From assembly GCA_050084985.1 (NCBI GenBank), contig JBITNC010000002.1, positions 23,188,001-23,252,000 on the forward strand: a DNA stretch of 64,000 nucleotides, read 5' to 3'. Under the pieces are notes generated by a model. The model saw only the letters and a list, made by a program, of their open reading frames with translations, made no database searches and was not told the origin of the DNA. Below, piece by piece: positions 63,063-64,000 of this stretch. The position numbers and the translations under genes were made by a program. Every line of letters begins with the position of its first letter. Positions within the stretch are counted from its first letter, which is position 1. Origin of the DNA: Nageia nagi (taxonomy: Eukaryota; Plantae; Pinophyta).

Positions 63063-64000
63063 TTAAACTTCACTCCCCCTTGAGGGCAACTTCCCCAACC
63101 CGAGAGAATCCCTAAGCTTGCAGAACTGAGCTTCAGGAAGGGGCTTGGTGAACAAATCAGCGGAGTTGTCAGTAGATGGACAATACTGCAAGTGTATGAT
63201 GTCATCTAGAACCTTCTCCCTGATAAAATGGGCTTGGATTTCGACATGTTTGGTTCGCTGATGGAACACAGGATTCTTAGCCAAAGAGATAGCCGATTGA
63301 TTATCTGACGAAATAAGAGAGGGGCCATTTTGCTTATACCCAATTTCGTTCAGAAGATGTCTTAGCCAAATAGCTTCTTGGGCGGCAATAGACATGGCTC
63401 GATATTCGGCTTCGGTGGTAGAAAGAGTCACAGTAGGTTGCTTCTTGGAAGCCCAAGAGATAGCACCTGAACCAATGCTAAACACATATGCAGAGGTTGA
63501 TTTTCTATCATCTCTCTCCCCCATAATCAGAATCTGAGAACCTGAGAGAACAATTGAGGGCACTTTGGAATACTTAAGAGCGAGATCCTTTGTCCCTACG
63601 ACATACCTCAAGATTTGCTTAACAGCATTGAGGTGTTCAACATATGGTTTTTGCATGAATCGTGCCATCAGATTCACTGCAAAGGCAATATCAGGACGAG
63701 AGATAGTCAGATACAGAAGACTACCAATCAATTGTCTATAAGCTGTAGCATCAGCCAACTGAGAATCTGAGCTCAGTGAGACAACGATTCCAGGAGAAAC
63801 AGGTATTGCAGCATGTTTGCACTCCTCCATTCCAAACTTTTGCAAGATGTCTGATATATACTTAGATTGACTAAGATAAGTACAATCTTTGTGTTGGTAT
63901 ACTTGCATCCCAAGATAGTAATGCAATAGACCTAGATCAGTCATTTCAAATGTTGCCTTGAGTTTGGAGATGCACTCTTGGATGATTTCAATATTATTGC
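63063..64000 (-). CDS. Copia pol C-terminus (RT and RNase H), with a local frameshift around the YSDSD motif
   Basis: MTDLGLLHYYLG, YRQLIGSLLYLTISRPDI, RKSTSAY, SWASKKQPTVTLSTTEAEY, DNQSAI, RTKHVEI, ADLFTKPL. Confidence 0.93.
   Translation of the reverse strand, partial: NNIEIIQECISKLKATFEMTDLGLLHYYLGMQVYQHKDCTYLSQSKYISDILQKFGMEECKHAAIPVSPGIVVSLSSDSQLADATAYRQLIGSLLYLTISRPDIAFAVNLMARFMQKPYVEHLNAVKQILRYVVGTKDLALKYSKVPSIVLSGSQILIMGERDDRKSTSAYVFSIGSGAISWASKKQPTVTLSTTEAEYRAMSIAAQEAIWLRHLLNEIGYKQNGPSLISSDNQSAISLAKNPVFHQRTKHVEIQAHFIREKVLDDIIHLQYCPSTDNSADLFTKPLPEAQFCKLRDSLGLGKLPSRGSEV

Larger units (their letters stand above)
61765..64000 (-). mobile_element. Ty1/Copia retrotransposon, 3' portion (RT/RNase H, 3' UTR, PPT, 3' LTR about 61765-62235); continues beyond the window
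   Basis: PPT TAAGGGGGAG on minus next to the LTR edge at 62235; pol motifs below; left LTR edge inferred from TG. Confidence 0.9.

Overview
AT-rich plant nuclear DNA, most likely from a large-genome gymnosperm (inferred from multi-kb TE-filled introns and the TE types). It holds two host genes, both on the + strand. (1) An intact 8-exon lipid A 4'-kinase gene (LpxK): 1203-nt CDS, 400 aa, spread over 38.3 kb (8781-47068), with two introns of 13-15 kb. (2) A 2-exon PPR-SMR gene similar to Arabidopsis At2g17033 (53458-58763), whose second exon has a dense local cluster of frameshifts. The rest is mostly transposon debris whose insertion order can be read from target-site duplications. LpxK intron 5 holds an old hAT, split by a second hAT, split by a 5.7-kb TG..CA unit. 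Intron 6 holds a hAT, split by a LINE, split by a 2.3-kb solo LTR. The most unusual object is the 5747-bp TG..CA unit (22725-28471). It looks like a single giant LTR and has no gag or pol. It contains six 52-bp palindromic repeats separated by unique spacers, then a TATA box, a decayed ORF of about 1050 codons, and a second LTR-type promoter region. Also present: Copia and Gypsy remnants, tandem arrays, and a perfect 105-bp-arm inverted repeat next to a (TA)n tract. All homology calls come from motif recognition by eye, not database searches.
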